Source: Candidatus Thorarchaeota archaeon
GTDB lineage: Archaea > Asgardarchaeota > Heimdallarchaeia > Hodarchaeales > Hodarchaeaceae
NCBI GenBank assembly: GCA_048882505.1
Contig: JBHLRO010000001.1
Span: 120,001-152,000, forward strand
Reading direction: 5' to 3'
DNA: 32,000 nt
Position numbers and translations under genes: made by a program. Shown one piece after another: positions 8,299 through 17,345 of this stretch (position 1 is its first letter; each line of letters begins with the position of its first letter). The notes beneath the pieces were generated by a model. That model was given only the letters and a program-made list of their open reading frames with translations, did not search any database and had not been told where the DNA came from.

Positions 8299-8856
8299 CT
8301 AACCTCCAGCCAGAATCTTTTCCTTTGCTATTCTTTCAAAAGCTTTTAAAATTGACCTAGCCTCTGAAATTTCATAGAAAAAGGCACCTGACTCATTTCC
8401 TTCAGGTTCAGGGAATGATAAATCCATTGATCGTTTTGATTCAGGAATAACGTCAATGAAAACTGTAGTAGGACCATTATCGGGGTTCATTTTTTGGAAT
8501 TGAAGATAAAGATTACGTGCCTTTTCAATAGCATCAGGAATGAATCTTTGAAATAAAATAACTAATCCTTGGCTGTTTTGGAACAACCAAGGACGGTTCC
8601 GTTCCATAAATTCCTTCATATTGACACGAATCACAACGAATTTTATTAATGTCTCCCATATTTGGATTTTGAAGGTAACAATTGAGACCCCCAGTGCAGA
8701 GTAGTCTTCATAATCTCCTCCTTGTCTACTATGAAGATCCTTAAGATAATTTTGTCCCAAATCATCAGGAACAGAAAGGGTACAAATTTTGATTTGGTGT
8801 TCTTTCATCTTAATATTAGGGGTTTCAGTCACGCGATCCATCCGCTTCCGATACAT
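8299..8856 (-). CDS. Ras/Rab-like small GTPase fold with degenerate nucleotide-binding motifs (putative pseudo-GTPase)
   Basis: Spacing follows Rab-like proteins (IKICTL; YSALGVSIVTFKIQI; RPWLFQNSQGLVILF; FFYEIS...ILKAFERIAK), but GxxxxGK[ST], DxxG and NKxD are absent. Confidence 0.6.
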   Translation of the reverse strand: MYRKRMDRVTETPNIKMKEHQIKICTLSVPDDLGQNYLKDLHSRQGGDYEDYSALGVSIVTFKIQIWETLIKFVVIRVNMKEFMERNRPWLFQNSQGLVILFQRFIPDAIEKARNLYLQFQKMNPDNGPTTVFIDVIPESKRSMDLSFPEPEGNESGAFFYEISEARSILKAFERIAKEKILAGG

Positions 8857-8913
8857 TTCAGATCAAACTTGGAAATGGTTTCTTTTAAGCTTGACCTTGG
8901 GGTAGCTACATGT

Positions 8914-10740
8914 TCAGTGCACGAGGTCGATTACCCGCTCGATCTCTGATTGGGTCAGATCCCCCTCTTGGGTACACCGACGCCGTTTATATAAATATTG
9001 AAGTCCGGTCTTGAAATCATCAAGAGATACAAATGCCTTCGATCCCGCCGCTCGGCCAGTTGGCAGTGGTTCCTCAAGTAATCGATATGGTAGCCGATCA
9101 TATTCACCCACAGGTTGTATAATTTCACGCATGTTAAAAAATCGGGATATGGCCCATGTATTTTGCGCAATATTTCGTACATCCGTTTTAAAACCAGTTA
9201 CAGCGGTAAATAAAGCTTGGCTATCAGCTAGGCTTAATCCTGGAACGATCGAGTGGGTGAAATGGCAAATAATCAAGCTGTCCTTTACTATCTTTAGGTC
9301 TTGTTCCTCATGTAAAGTCTGAACAATTTGGGGAGTAATCGGGCCTGCTTGCTTTGGGGATTTCGTTGTCCTCGGCCAACCTTGAAGATGTGATGCTCCC
9401 ATGGGGGCTGTTGCATATGATAAACCCAGTCCATAACGACCGCGTGGATCCCACGCCGCCATTTCAAGGCCTTTCACGTGAATGGCAAAGTGTTCTGTTG
9501 GAGATCCAAATACTCGGGAAGCGAATTGGACACCATCTGCTAGGATATCACCAACCCCTCTTCGGTTAACGATCTTCTTTATCAGTTCAATGGTTCCTCG
9601 GGTATCACCATAGAATAGACTCTCGTTCATGTATTGGTCGGGAATCAGCCCTCGCTCGGAGCATTCCATGAACCACCCAAGAACGTTTCCTAAACTAATC
9701 GTATCTAAACCGTATGCATTGGCCCAATAGTTGATTTCTATAGTTGTTTCAATATCTAATTCACAGTTGGCGCCTATCATGCCTAGAGTTTCGTATTCCG
9801 GAACCCCAATTATATGGTCGGTTTCTCCAAATGGGAACTTGTATTGATAGATGTGTGCACAGGAGAGGGGGCACCTAAAGCATGGTTTTTTCTTTGTGGG
9901 ATATTTGGTGGCAGCCTCATGGTCAATTCCAGAAGTATCCTCTAGCATTCCTTCGCTAAAGTTCCTAACAGGGAGTTGATCTCGCTTTGAGGCTACACGA
10001 ACAAGATTTGTTGTTCCGACCCGGTAAATTGGCAATTCCGCTTCCCTTCCGGCTTTTACGCGCGATCTTAGATCATTAGCTAGATCTCTTACCTTTTCCG
10101 GGTCTGCGACGGGTATCTCTTTTCTTGTTCCATTAATTCCAATTGCAAGTAGACCCTTACTTCCGAAAATAGCTCCAACGCCTCCCCGTCCGAGATTACG
10201 AAAACTTTCTGCTGTGACGCAGGCATATTTAACTTGGTTTTCCCCCGCTTTACCGATGGCCATTACTTTTATGTTCTCTCCCGCGATCCTCTGGATTTTC
10301 CTTTCCTTTTCCAAAGCAGATAATCCAAGCAGCTTTTTACCATCTTTAAATTCGACGTGATCCTCAGTGATTGTGATATAACACGGATCTTCACTTGTTT
10401 CCTCCAGAATTACCGCATCGTACCCCGCAAACTTCAACTCCGGTCCTATAGATCCACCTGCGTGAGTGGCAAGGAAAAAGTTGGTAAGGGGGGACTTGGT
10501 TATAACCGCATATCGTCCTGTGATTGGTATTCTTGTTCCTTGAAGCGGGCCCGTAACGAGCATGACTTTATTCTCGGAGCCAAGAGGAGAGAATCCTGGC
10601 TCCGTTTCTCGTATAAGTAAATAAGCTCCTAGGCCGTTGCCGCCCATAAAGTTTTGGATTACCGACTTGGGTAATGGTTCAACGCGGATTTCTGCGGTTG
10701 AGAGGTTGATCCTTAATATGGAACCGATAAAACCGTACAT
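8914..10740 (-). CDS. aor: Tungsten-containing aldehyde:ferredoxin oxidoreductase family protein
   Basis: ILRINLS, GGNGLG, KSPLT, GPELKFAGYD, GRGGVGAIFGSK, CFRCPLSC (Fe-S ligands), EYET, AYGLDTIS, HVKGLE. ATG at 10740 has AGGTGA upstream; the ORF track start at 10752 lies inside that SD-like motif. Confidence 0.93.
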   Translation of the reverse strand: MYGFIGSILRINLSTAEIRVEPLPKSVIQNFMGGNGLGAYLLIRETEPGFSPLGSENKVMLVTGPLQGTRIPITGRYAVITKSPLTNFFLATHAGGSIGPELKFAGYDAVILEETSEDPCYITITEDHVEFKDGKKLLGLSALEKERKIQRIAGENIKVMAIGKAGENQVKYACVTAESFRNLGRGGVGAIFGSKGLLAIGINGTRKEIPVADPEKVRDLANDLRSRVKAGREAELPIYRVGTTNLVRVASKRDQLPVRNFSEGMLEDTSGIDHEAATKYPTKKKPCFRCPLSCAHIYQYKFPFGETDHIIGVPEYETLGMIGANCELDIETTIEINYWANAYGLDTISLGNVLGWFMECSERGLIPDQYMNESLFYGDTRGTIELIKKIVNRRGVGDILADGVQFASRVFGSPTEHFAIHVKGLEMAAWDPRGRYGLGLSYATAPMGASHLQGWPRTTKSPKQAGPITPQIVQTLHEEQDLKIVKDSLIICHFTHSIVPGLSLADSQALFTAVTGFKTDVRNIAQNTWAISRFFNMREIIQPVGEYDRLPYRLLEEPLPTGRAAGSKAFVSLDDFKTGLQYLYKRRRCTQEGDLTQSEIERVIDLVH

Positions 10741-10990
10741 TCTGAATTTCACCTAAGGATCTTCGGTATATTGGAAAATAAGATTCCAGAAAGGCATATT
10801 TACGCCCGAATTGCTCCTGTCGGAATGTTCATTGGCTAGAACAAGATTAGCTGGTTGGAATCTATATTTCGATATTATGCTGTTTTCTGTTCCCCATATT
10901 TATTAATCTCTTTGAATCTCCGATTAACAATATAGAATTCATGTTTGTGGTACATTGAAGGTAAACCTTGAACAATTGAGGAGTAAATAA

Positions 10991-11932
10991 ATGTTGACAC
11001 CAAGGGAAAAACTACTGTCGTTTATTTTAATACTTATCGTCGGAGTAGGTTTTCTTCTATGGAGTATTCCATTATTATTCGCGCAAGAAGGAAGCAATAG
11101 AATTACACTTGCCACCACAACGTCAACAGATAATTCAGGGCTTCTTGAATTCCTTCATCCTATAATGACTAAGGATACGGGAGGCCTAGAAGTAGGTGTA
11201 GTAGCGGTCGGAACGGGAGCCGCGATCCAGCAAGCTAGGAGAGGACTTGCTGATGTGGTGATAGTCCACAATCGTGAATTGGAGGACCAATTTGTAAAAG
11301 ACGGATTTGGCATCCATAGAGTGGATTTGATGTACAACGATTTTATTTTGGTAGGCCCCGAGTCAGATCCTGCAGGAATAAAAGGATTAACGAACTCTAG
11401 TGAAATTTTCCGTCGAATTTATGGTGAACGTGGGAATTCATCGTTCATGAGCAGAGGAGATGGTTCAGGAACTCATCTTAAAGAACTGGAACTTTGGAAG
11501 GCCGCCGATATTTCCATAAGGTCTGAAAATTCCTCGTGGGCAAGCGAAAATCTTTGGTATCTAGAATCTGGAGCAGGAATGGGAGAAACATTAACTTTAG
11601 CTTCCGTTTCTCAATCCTACACTATTACTGATCGTGGAACCTGGCTGTTCGTGCATGAAACGTTATCAAGTATGGTCCTTCTAGCATCAGGCCCGCTTGA
11701 ATGGCATAATCCATATGGGGTCATCCTGGTGAATCCAGCTAAATTTCAATCAGGCACAATAAAGCTTGATGCTGCAAAAAAGTACGTTCAGTGGCTTATA
11801 TCAGAAAAAGGACAGAGTTTAATCGATAGTTATCTAATTGGCGGCGAACAAGCTTTCTTTGCAGATTTTGCCAACCATCTAAACGAAATGTCTAGTACGG
11901 AAAAGGAATTTTGGGGAATCAATGGGACATAA
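10991..11932 (+). CDS. tupA: Tungstate ABC transporter substrate-binding protein
   Basis: N-terminal TM/signal segment, diagnostic LATTTSTDNSGLL, VAVGTGAA, SRGDGSGTH..E, GAGMG.TL, TDRGT, NPYGVILVNP. GAGGAG SD before the ATG. Confidence 0.93.
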   Translation: MLTPREKLLSFILILIVGVGFLLWSIPLLFAQEGSNRITLATTTSTDNSGLLEFLHPIMTKDTGGLEVGVVAVGTGAAIQQARRGLADVVIVHNRELEDQFVKDGFGIHRVDLMYNDFILVGPESDPAGIKGLTNSSEIFRRIYGERGNSSFMSRGDGSGTHLKELELWKAADISIRSENSSWASENLWYLESGAGMGETLTLASVSQSYTITDRGTWLFVHETLSSMVLLASGPLEWHNPYGVILVNPAKFQSGTIKLDAAKKYVQWLISEKGQSLIDSYLIGGEQAFFADFANHLNEMSSTEKEFWGINGT

Positions 11933-12020
11933 GGTTTTCCGCTTTGATGGATGGAAAAGTCATTAGGGCTACCATCACGTTCCATATTATGATTTGTGTC
12001 CGCTTTTACCCTAAAATTCT

Positions 12021-12902
12021 CTAGGCTACCTCCCAGGCGTCGAAAACTCTCTTTAAGGCATTTAAAGGCCGTCCAGCGGCCCTACGTTCTTCCAATCGCA
12101 TTACCACAACCAGGGCAATTTCATATAGAACAATCAACGGGAGACTTAGTAAAATCATTGAGAGAGGGGTAGGATCTGGAGTGATCACCGCAGTAAGAGC
12201 AATAAGAGCAATAAGAACCTCTCGTCTTCGTTGCACCAGGGTTTCACTAGAAAACAACCCAGCTAGCGCCCCAAAAACGATCCAGATCGGAAATGTGAAG
12301 AGGAGACCCGTTCCCACTAAAGAAAAGAAGATAAATTCGATGAAAGATTCAAGAGGCACAAAATTTACTATTCGGCCATATTCTATGATTGTGGTCAACC
12401 CAAAAAGTGTTTGAACCATGACTGGTACAAGAAGTGCCCCCGCGACAGCTCCCAAACCAAATAAAACTCCAAAAGAGATTGAAAGTTGCCTTGCGAAGTG
12501 CGCTTCTTCATCATACAGTGCAGGTCTCAAGTAAAGATAGATTTCGTACGATATTAATGGAATATTCAACAATATTGCGATAACAATGGCTAATTCCACA
12601 CAAACTACAATTACGCTGTACGGTGCTCCCAGCGTGAACTGAAAGGTTCCTCCCTGTGCCTCTGCGAGAGAAGTGGCCCATACAAGGAGCTCCCTCAATA
12701 TCAGAGTAATAGCGGGGTCATAATCTTGCAAAGACCAAGTCCCTTCCAAAATAGAAGCCGGCATAAAGATAACCAGGATGGTGGTCATTCCCAGAGACAA
12801 GAAAATAACTTTCAAACGGTCTAATAGTTCTTTAATATGCAGCTGCAATTCTTCTTTTGGCATACCAGCGATTAATGTAATATCTTCATCGTCAATAGTC
12901 AC
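12021..12902 (-). CDS. tatC: Twin-arginine translocase subunit TatC
   Basis: HIKELLDRL, YEIYLYLRPALYDEE, RREVLIAL...AVITPDPTPLSMILLSLPLIVLYEI. GTG start. Confidence 0.9.
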   Translation of the reverse strand: MTIDDEDITLIAGMPKEELQLHIKELLDRLKVIFLSLGMTTILVIFMPASILEGTWSLQDYDPAITLILRELLVWATSLAEAQGGTFQFTLGAPYSVIVVCVELAIVIAILLNIPLISYEIYLYLRPALYDEEAHFARQLSISFGVLFGLGAVAGALLVPVMVQTLFGLTTIIEYGRIVNFVPLESFIEFIFFSLVGTGLLFTFPIWIVFGALAGLFSSETLVQRRREVLIALIALTAVITPDPTPLSMILLSLPLIVLYEIALVVVMRLEERRAAGRPLNALKRVFDAWEVA

Positions 12903-13049
12903 AATAAAAACCGCATTGGCTTTGCAAATCTTGATGATTAGGTTTAACGCCAGGGTCTATGATGATCTCGCAGCATTTAAACTTTCTTTCTATGATTGTA
13001 ATTGTTTGAATGCTCCAGTTTTTTGTTGGAAATCGCTAGGAAAGAGGTT

Positions 13050-15179
13050 GTGCTCGAACCTTTGAGATTGGAAAAGAGCCTTGAACCTTGGACAAACCTT
13101 TGTAACACAATCTACTCCGGGGTTTCTCTCCCCGAATTTAAAATGAAAAAAGAAGAAGTATCCATAATAGTGATTCTTGGTATATGGCTACTTAGATTTC
13201 TAAGCAGTAAGAAAAATGAAGTTACAAATCTGAATTGGATTTTCAGCGAATTAGAAGAAAAAAAGAAATCCAGTCAAGACTCGCTTCATTTGTGGCAATT
13301 TTTGGCTCGGATGTTCGGTTTATTCACGGAGAAAATGCCTGAAACTCTTGTCGCGGTGTTAAATTCCAATTTGGATAGCTTTACAGATCTGATTCGGGAT
13401 GATGTTCTTGGAACCATATTACAACGCTCTCTCCAAAAGGATAAACGAAAACAACTAGCTGCCAACTATACCACTTTCCCAGCATCCAAGGTTTTAAGTT
13501 CCGTAATTCCCCCCAAGGTATATCGAAGGATCATTGATCCTTTCTGTGGATCAGGACGCCTTGTTTCAACATATCTAGACACCTTAAGTAACGAAACTGC
13601 CTCTCCTGAACTGATCTGGATAAATGATTCCCATCCAACAGCTGTGTTGATCGCCTATTCACGAATCATGCTTTCGCTATCGAAACTTCCCCAAGTTTCA
13701 ACAAGGTTAGTTGCTACAATTGGGGATGCTTTTGTCGAACTAATGCCTGATAAAGTTGGGACGTCCTTTGAATTAGTTTTAATGAACCCCCCTTTTACGC
13801 GGATACACAGAATAGAAAAACCTCAGAAAAAAGCGCTCCTCTCTCTAAGAAGAACCTATGGTAAATTCCTCAAAGGTCAACCGGGATTACACGTTTACGC
13901 GATCCTATTGGCTGATCAAATCCTGAGCGAAAAGGGAACTCTCGGTGCTATTCTCTCTGGCGCAACATTATTCTCTGCCTATTCTCAGGAGATTCAAACT
14001 TACTTAGCTACTGAGTATCAGATCGATGCAATTCTGGCCTCTATTACGAGCAAATCATTTTCCGAAGATAGCAATTTGAGAGAAGTAATTCTGGTTTCCC
14101 AAAAACATAAGCCGGAAAGAACTCACAAAGTCAAGTTCTATCACGTTTCAAACCCCCTTTCTGAATTTAATGAATCAAGTTCTCTCATCCAATCTGTCTC
14201 CTTAAGCAACTTGGCGGCTGATTGGAATTGGATGCGGTATTTTCAACCTAAATCAATGATTGAACTCAGACGGAGGTTACTAAAAACAAATAAGATAAAG
14301 TCTGGCGAAAAATTAAGGCTCCAGATTGTACGTGGGGTCGAGATGTATGGTCCAAACTTCTTTTTTTTCCCTAATAAGCTGTGGAGCCAAGTAGTTCAAA
14401 CAACTGAAGGAATTACTATTTCTTCCAAGACACATTCATTAAAAATACCGTGGCCATATATTAAGAAGTCATTGAGAAAGCCAGGTAATTATCACGGGTA
14501 TATTACACCTGATGTTGAGGATTTTGCCCTTTCAATTCCTGGGAACTTTAATGACATCCTTGAAATGCCCATATGGCTGAAAGAGTACATCGAACTGACA
14601 CATCAGTATGCTGAACCCGCAAAGAAAAAATTTGGCTCCAATTGGGTACACCATGTATTTCATCAACTGGAAACAAAAAGGCCATGGGGCCACTTGTTTT
14701 TTGTAGATAAATTTGGAATTACTACCATTACCAACAATGTATTCTTTTTAGAAGAGCGAATTACATGTACAAAGAATTTCTACGTCTTAGTAAACGAATC
14801 CTTGGAACTGGCAAAATTCTTGGCTGCTTGGTTTAATTCTTCATTCTATTTCTTTCTTTTCATGTGCAGCCGTAGGGAGATTGGCGGATCATTTGGTCGA
14901 CTTCAGATCATTGATTATTTACAAGAACCTCTGTTTCTCGATATGTCACAAAGTTCATTTGAGACAATCAATAATATTGTTAAGGCGTTTGATAAGTTTA
15001 GATCAAAAAAATTAGGCTCTATCCCTAGTCAGCTATTTGCACAGGAGAGGATAGCACTTGATTACGCCATTGCCAAAGCATTAAGCCTCGATAATAACGA
15101 AATTCCAGGCCTTATAGAAAACCTGCATAGTATTTTGCAATTGGAGTTTAAAAAAATGCAATCTCGCGATAGGTCATAA
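13050..15179 (+). CDS. N6-adenine DNA methyltransferase with C-terminal TRD (Eco57I/type IIG-like M-TRD part), no recognisable nuclease domain
   Basis: Motif I IDPFCGSG, motif IV LVLMNPPFTR, and a C-terminal RREIGGSFGRLQIIDY...P typical of IIG-like TRDs. The ORF is open from TTG 13002; GTG 13050 preceded by GAGG is preferred. Confidence 0.85.
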   Translation: MLEPLRLEKSLEPWTNLCNTIYSGVSLPEFKMKKEEVSIIVILGIWLLRFLSSKKNEVTNLNWIFSELEEKKKSSQDSLHLWQFLARMFGLFTEKMPETLVAVLNSNLDSFTDLIRDDVLGTILQRSLQKDKRKQLAANYTTFPASKVLSSVIPPKVYRRIIDPFCGSGRLVSTYLDTLSNETASPELIWINDSHPTAVLIAYSRIMLSLSKLPQVSTRLVATIGDAFVELMPDKVGTSFELVLMNPPFTRIHRIEKPQKKALLSLRRTYGKFLKGQPGLHVYAILLADQILSEKGTLGAILSGATLFSAYSQEIQTYLATEYQIDAILASITSKSFSEDSNLREVILVSQKHKPERTHKVKFYHVSNPLSEFNESSSLIQSVSLSNLAADWNWMRYFQPKSMIELRRRLLKTNKIKSGEKLRLQIVRGVEMYGPNFFFFPNKLWSQVVQTTEGITISSKTHSLKIPWPYIKKSLRKPGNYHGYITPDVEDFALSIPGNFNDILEMPIWLKEYIELTHQYAEPAKKKFGSNWVHHVFHQLETKRPWGHLFFVDKFGITTITNNVFFLEERITCTKNFYVLVNESLELAKFLAAWFNSSFYFFLFMCSRREIGGSFGRLQIIDYLQEPLFLDMSQSSFETINNIVKAFDKFRSKKLGSIPSQLFAQERIALDYAIAKALSLDNNEIPGLIENLHSILQLEFKKMQSRDRS

Positions 15180-15186
15180 TCATCGG

Positions 15187-15819
15187 ATGGAGATTGATTT
15201 TCTCTTAATGGTACGTCGAAAAATGGTTCAGGATTTGGGAGAGACGCTAAATGCAGTTTGGCAGTCTGTGTTTAGGCCCAAAAAATTCTTTTCAAACCGT
15301 CAAAGCTCCTTGATCCAAGAAAAATACGGGTGGATGTTTATCCTGGTAAGATGGGCATATTACTCTGTGATCTTCATGTTTTTTCGTGATTATAAAGGAT
15401 TGTGGAGGCCTTTTCAGCCCATACCTCTGGGTTTTAGTTTGGATACATATGCGTTTTTGCAGCCACGAGTTTCGATCTTTTTTGGGATTTTTTTAATGAC
15501 AAGCATAGCAATCTGCCTGTGGTTGTATCTTAATCGAAGAAAAAAGGGAATTCAATTATTTCGTATCATAAATACCTTAGGTGTGACTTTTTTTCTTCCC
15601 TTTGTGCTTGTACAGCCGATTGATTTCTTTTTATTATCGACTATCGGCTGGAACATAGTCATTATTGCTCCATTGCACACTTTTGTCCTCATATGGGAAA
15701 CCCAAGCTTCAATAATACTTTTAGACCATATTCGTGAACTCACTTCATCGGAAAAGGTAATGGGAGGCCTTATCATAGCTGCAGTTTGGATTTTTATTAC
15801 GGCGCTCTTCTGGAGATAA
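15187..15819 (+). CDS. Multi-pass membrane protein (Yip1-like topology)
   Basis: N-terminal VFRPKKFF followed by about 5 hydrophobic segments. Starts 7 nt after the MTase stop. Confidence 0.6.
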   Translation: MEIDFLLMVRRKMVQDLGETLNAVWQSVFRPKKFFSNRQSSLIQEKYGWMFILVRWAYYSVIFMFFRDYKGLWRPFQPIPLGFSLDTYAFLQPRVSIFFGIFLMTSIAICLWLYLNRRKKGIQLFRIINTLGVTFFLPFVLVQPIDFFLLSTIGWNIVIIAPLHTFVLIWETQASIILLDHIRELTSSEKVMGGLIIAAVWIFITALFWR

Positions 15820-15943
15820 TAAACCGATCGTTAGATCTTGCCAAAACATTTGCATCACCTGCAGTGGAGCGTCTACCGTTTTTCCTAACCGTCAGGGTCT
15901 ATCTTTATAACTAGAAAGGCTATTCCCATTGTATGATAGGATT

Positions 15944-16636
15944 CTAGGATTGAAAGTTCTCCATTTTGGAGGCACGATAAAATAGAATGGCTGCCACTCC
16001 CAAATCTATAACAAATCCGAGATTGCGAATAATAAGGAAGCTTGGATTTATTACTCCAAGAGTACCAATCAGTATATAGAACCCAAAGAACAAAACAAAA
16101 ACCAATTTAGTCATCCTGAGGCCTACAGGCGATGAAAGAGTCATAACCAAAAGAACCACATAGATAAAACCCGCCATATAACTTGTCAAATCCTTAATAA
16201 ACGTAAAAGTCCATAAATAAACCCAAAGGATGGGATCTGCGTTCCACCCGTTAAAAACACCTGTGATAAATGCGATGTGAAGGGCATTCTCGATCAGATC
16301 GCATCCTGCGGTTGTCATTCCAAGAACTAGACCCAGTCTCGGAAAAAAGGGTCCTAGATGTTTAACAAGGAGAAACAGACCATAAAAGAGGGATAAGTAG
16401 CCCAAAATAAAGAATGTGTCAAAAATAATTCCTGCCAGCATTATGTCTCGTTCTGGAAGTGACATTGCATTAAGTTGGGTGTAAATGTCGGCGGGATCCA
16501 TTGCTAGATGAAACTGGCCACCATCTGGATAAAGAACGGTAGTAGTTACCATGCCTAGGGTCATGATGAAGCCTAGGAATACCATAATCGACACCATGTT
16601 TAGTTCCGAGGATTTAGGGACAGACATATCAATCAT
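15944..16636 (-). CDS. Uncharacterised multi-pass membrane protein
   Basis: About 6 hydrophobic segments, with intramembrane DTFFILGY and CDLIENALH motifs. Confidence 0.65.
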   Translation of the reverse strand: MIDMSVPKSSELNMVSIMVFLGFIMTLGMVTTTVLYPDGGQFHLAMDPADIYTQLNAMSLPERDIMLAGIIFDTFFILGYLSLFYGLFLLVKHLGPFFPRLGLVLGMTTAGCDLIENALHIAFITGVFNGWNADPILWVYLWTFTFIKDLTSYMAGFIYVVLLVMTLSSPVGLRMTKLVFVLFFGFYILIGTLGVINPSFLIIRNLGFVIDLGVAAILFYRASKMENFQS

Positions 16637-16727
16637 CAGTTTGTAATTCCTGGAGGAGCTTGCTACGCTAAGAACTTGATTAATAATTTTCCCAACAAAG
16701 GATCTTGTGTCATAGAGAGGTCATTCG

Positions 16728-17186
16728 TCAAACCGAAGATAGAACAACACAGGTTACAGTCCGTTCAATACCTGTTACATTCCTAAGCTTCTCTATCACA
16801 AAGGAGTTTAAGGCCTCCACATCTGCCATGGCAACCTTCACGATTAAATCTATCTCTCCAGTTACGATTGAAACCTCTTCAACTTCTGGAAGCCCCTTGA
16901 TTCTTCTTGCTACTTCAAGTTGGTCGATACTGTGGCCTTTTGTGGATCTGTACGAAACGGTACAAAATACAAAAGCTCGTAGTCCCTTTCCTATCTTCTT
17001 ATTGTTAATTTTGACTGTAAACCTTTCGATCACTCCTGTATTATACATTCTTTTGATACGGTTATGCACTGTTGTTCGGGGGATCTTAGTTTTGTTATGA
17101 ATTTCGGCAGTCGTCAATCGAGCGTTCTTTTCGAGTAACTTTAGGATAATTCTGTCCTTATCATCTAGCATTTTGTACATTTCCAT
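16728..17186 (-). CDS. Lrp/AsnC family transcriptional regulator
   Basis: LDDKDRIILKLLEKNARLT...TTVHNRIKRM HTH plus a RAM domain (LPEVEEVSIVTGEIDLIVKV). Confidence 0.95.
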   Translation of the reverse strand: MEMYKMLDDKDRIILKLLEKNARLTTAEIHNKTKIPRTTVHNRIKRMYNTGVIERFTVKINNKKIGKGLRAFVFCTVSYRSTKGHSIDQLEVARRIKGLPEVEEVSIVTGEIDLIVKVAMADVEALNSFVIEKLRNVTGIERTVTCVVLSSV

Positions 17187-17197
17187 CTGTCGAATCG

Positions 17198-17229
17198 ATG
17201 ATGGAACAAACGTCCATTATTTTATAAAA
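17198..17229. promoter_or_regulatory. TATA-like element and adjacent inverted repeat in the Lrp/asnA divergent region
   Basis: TTTTATAAAA at 17220-17229. ATGGA-N7-TCCAT at 17201-17217 lies between it and the Lrp start codon. Confidence 0.4.
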
Positions 17230-17345
17230 TTACGGTCGTTATATGTACAAAATTCCAGTTCCATTAGATACTTTTCTTATAGCCGGACTTTCTAGATTCT
17301 AGCAATCCTAAAGTTGGCATTAAACAAACGAAAAGAGCGAAGCAA

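Noticed and set aside
11935-11958. TTTTCC-N12-GGAAAA inverted repeat between convergent tupA and tatC
   Set aside because: Weak 6-bp stem with a long loop, not distinguishable from background.
16705-17100. 131-aa + strand ORF
   Set aside because: It is antisense to the Lrp/AsnC gene.
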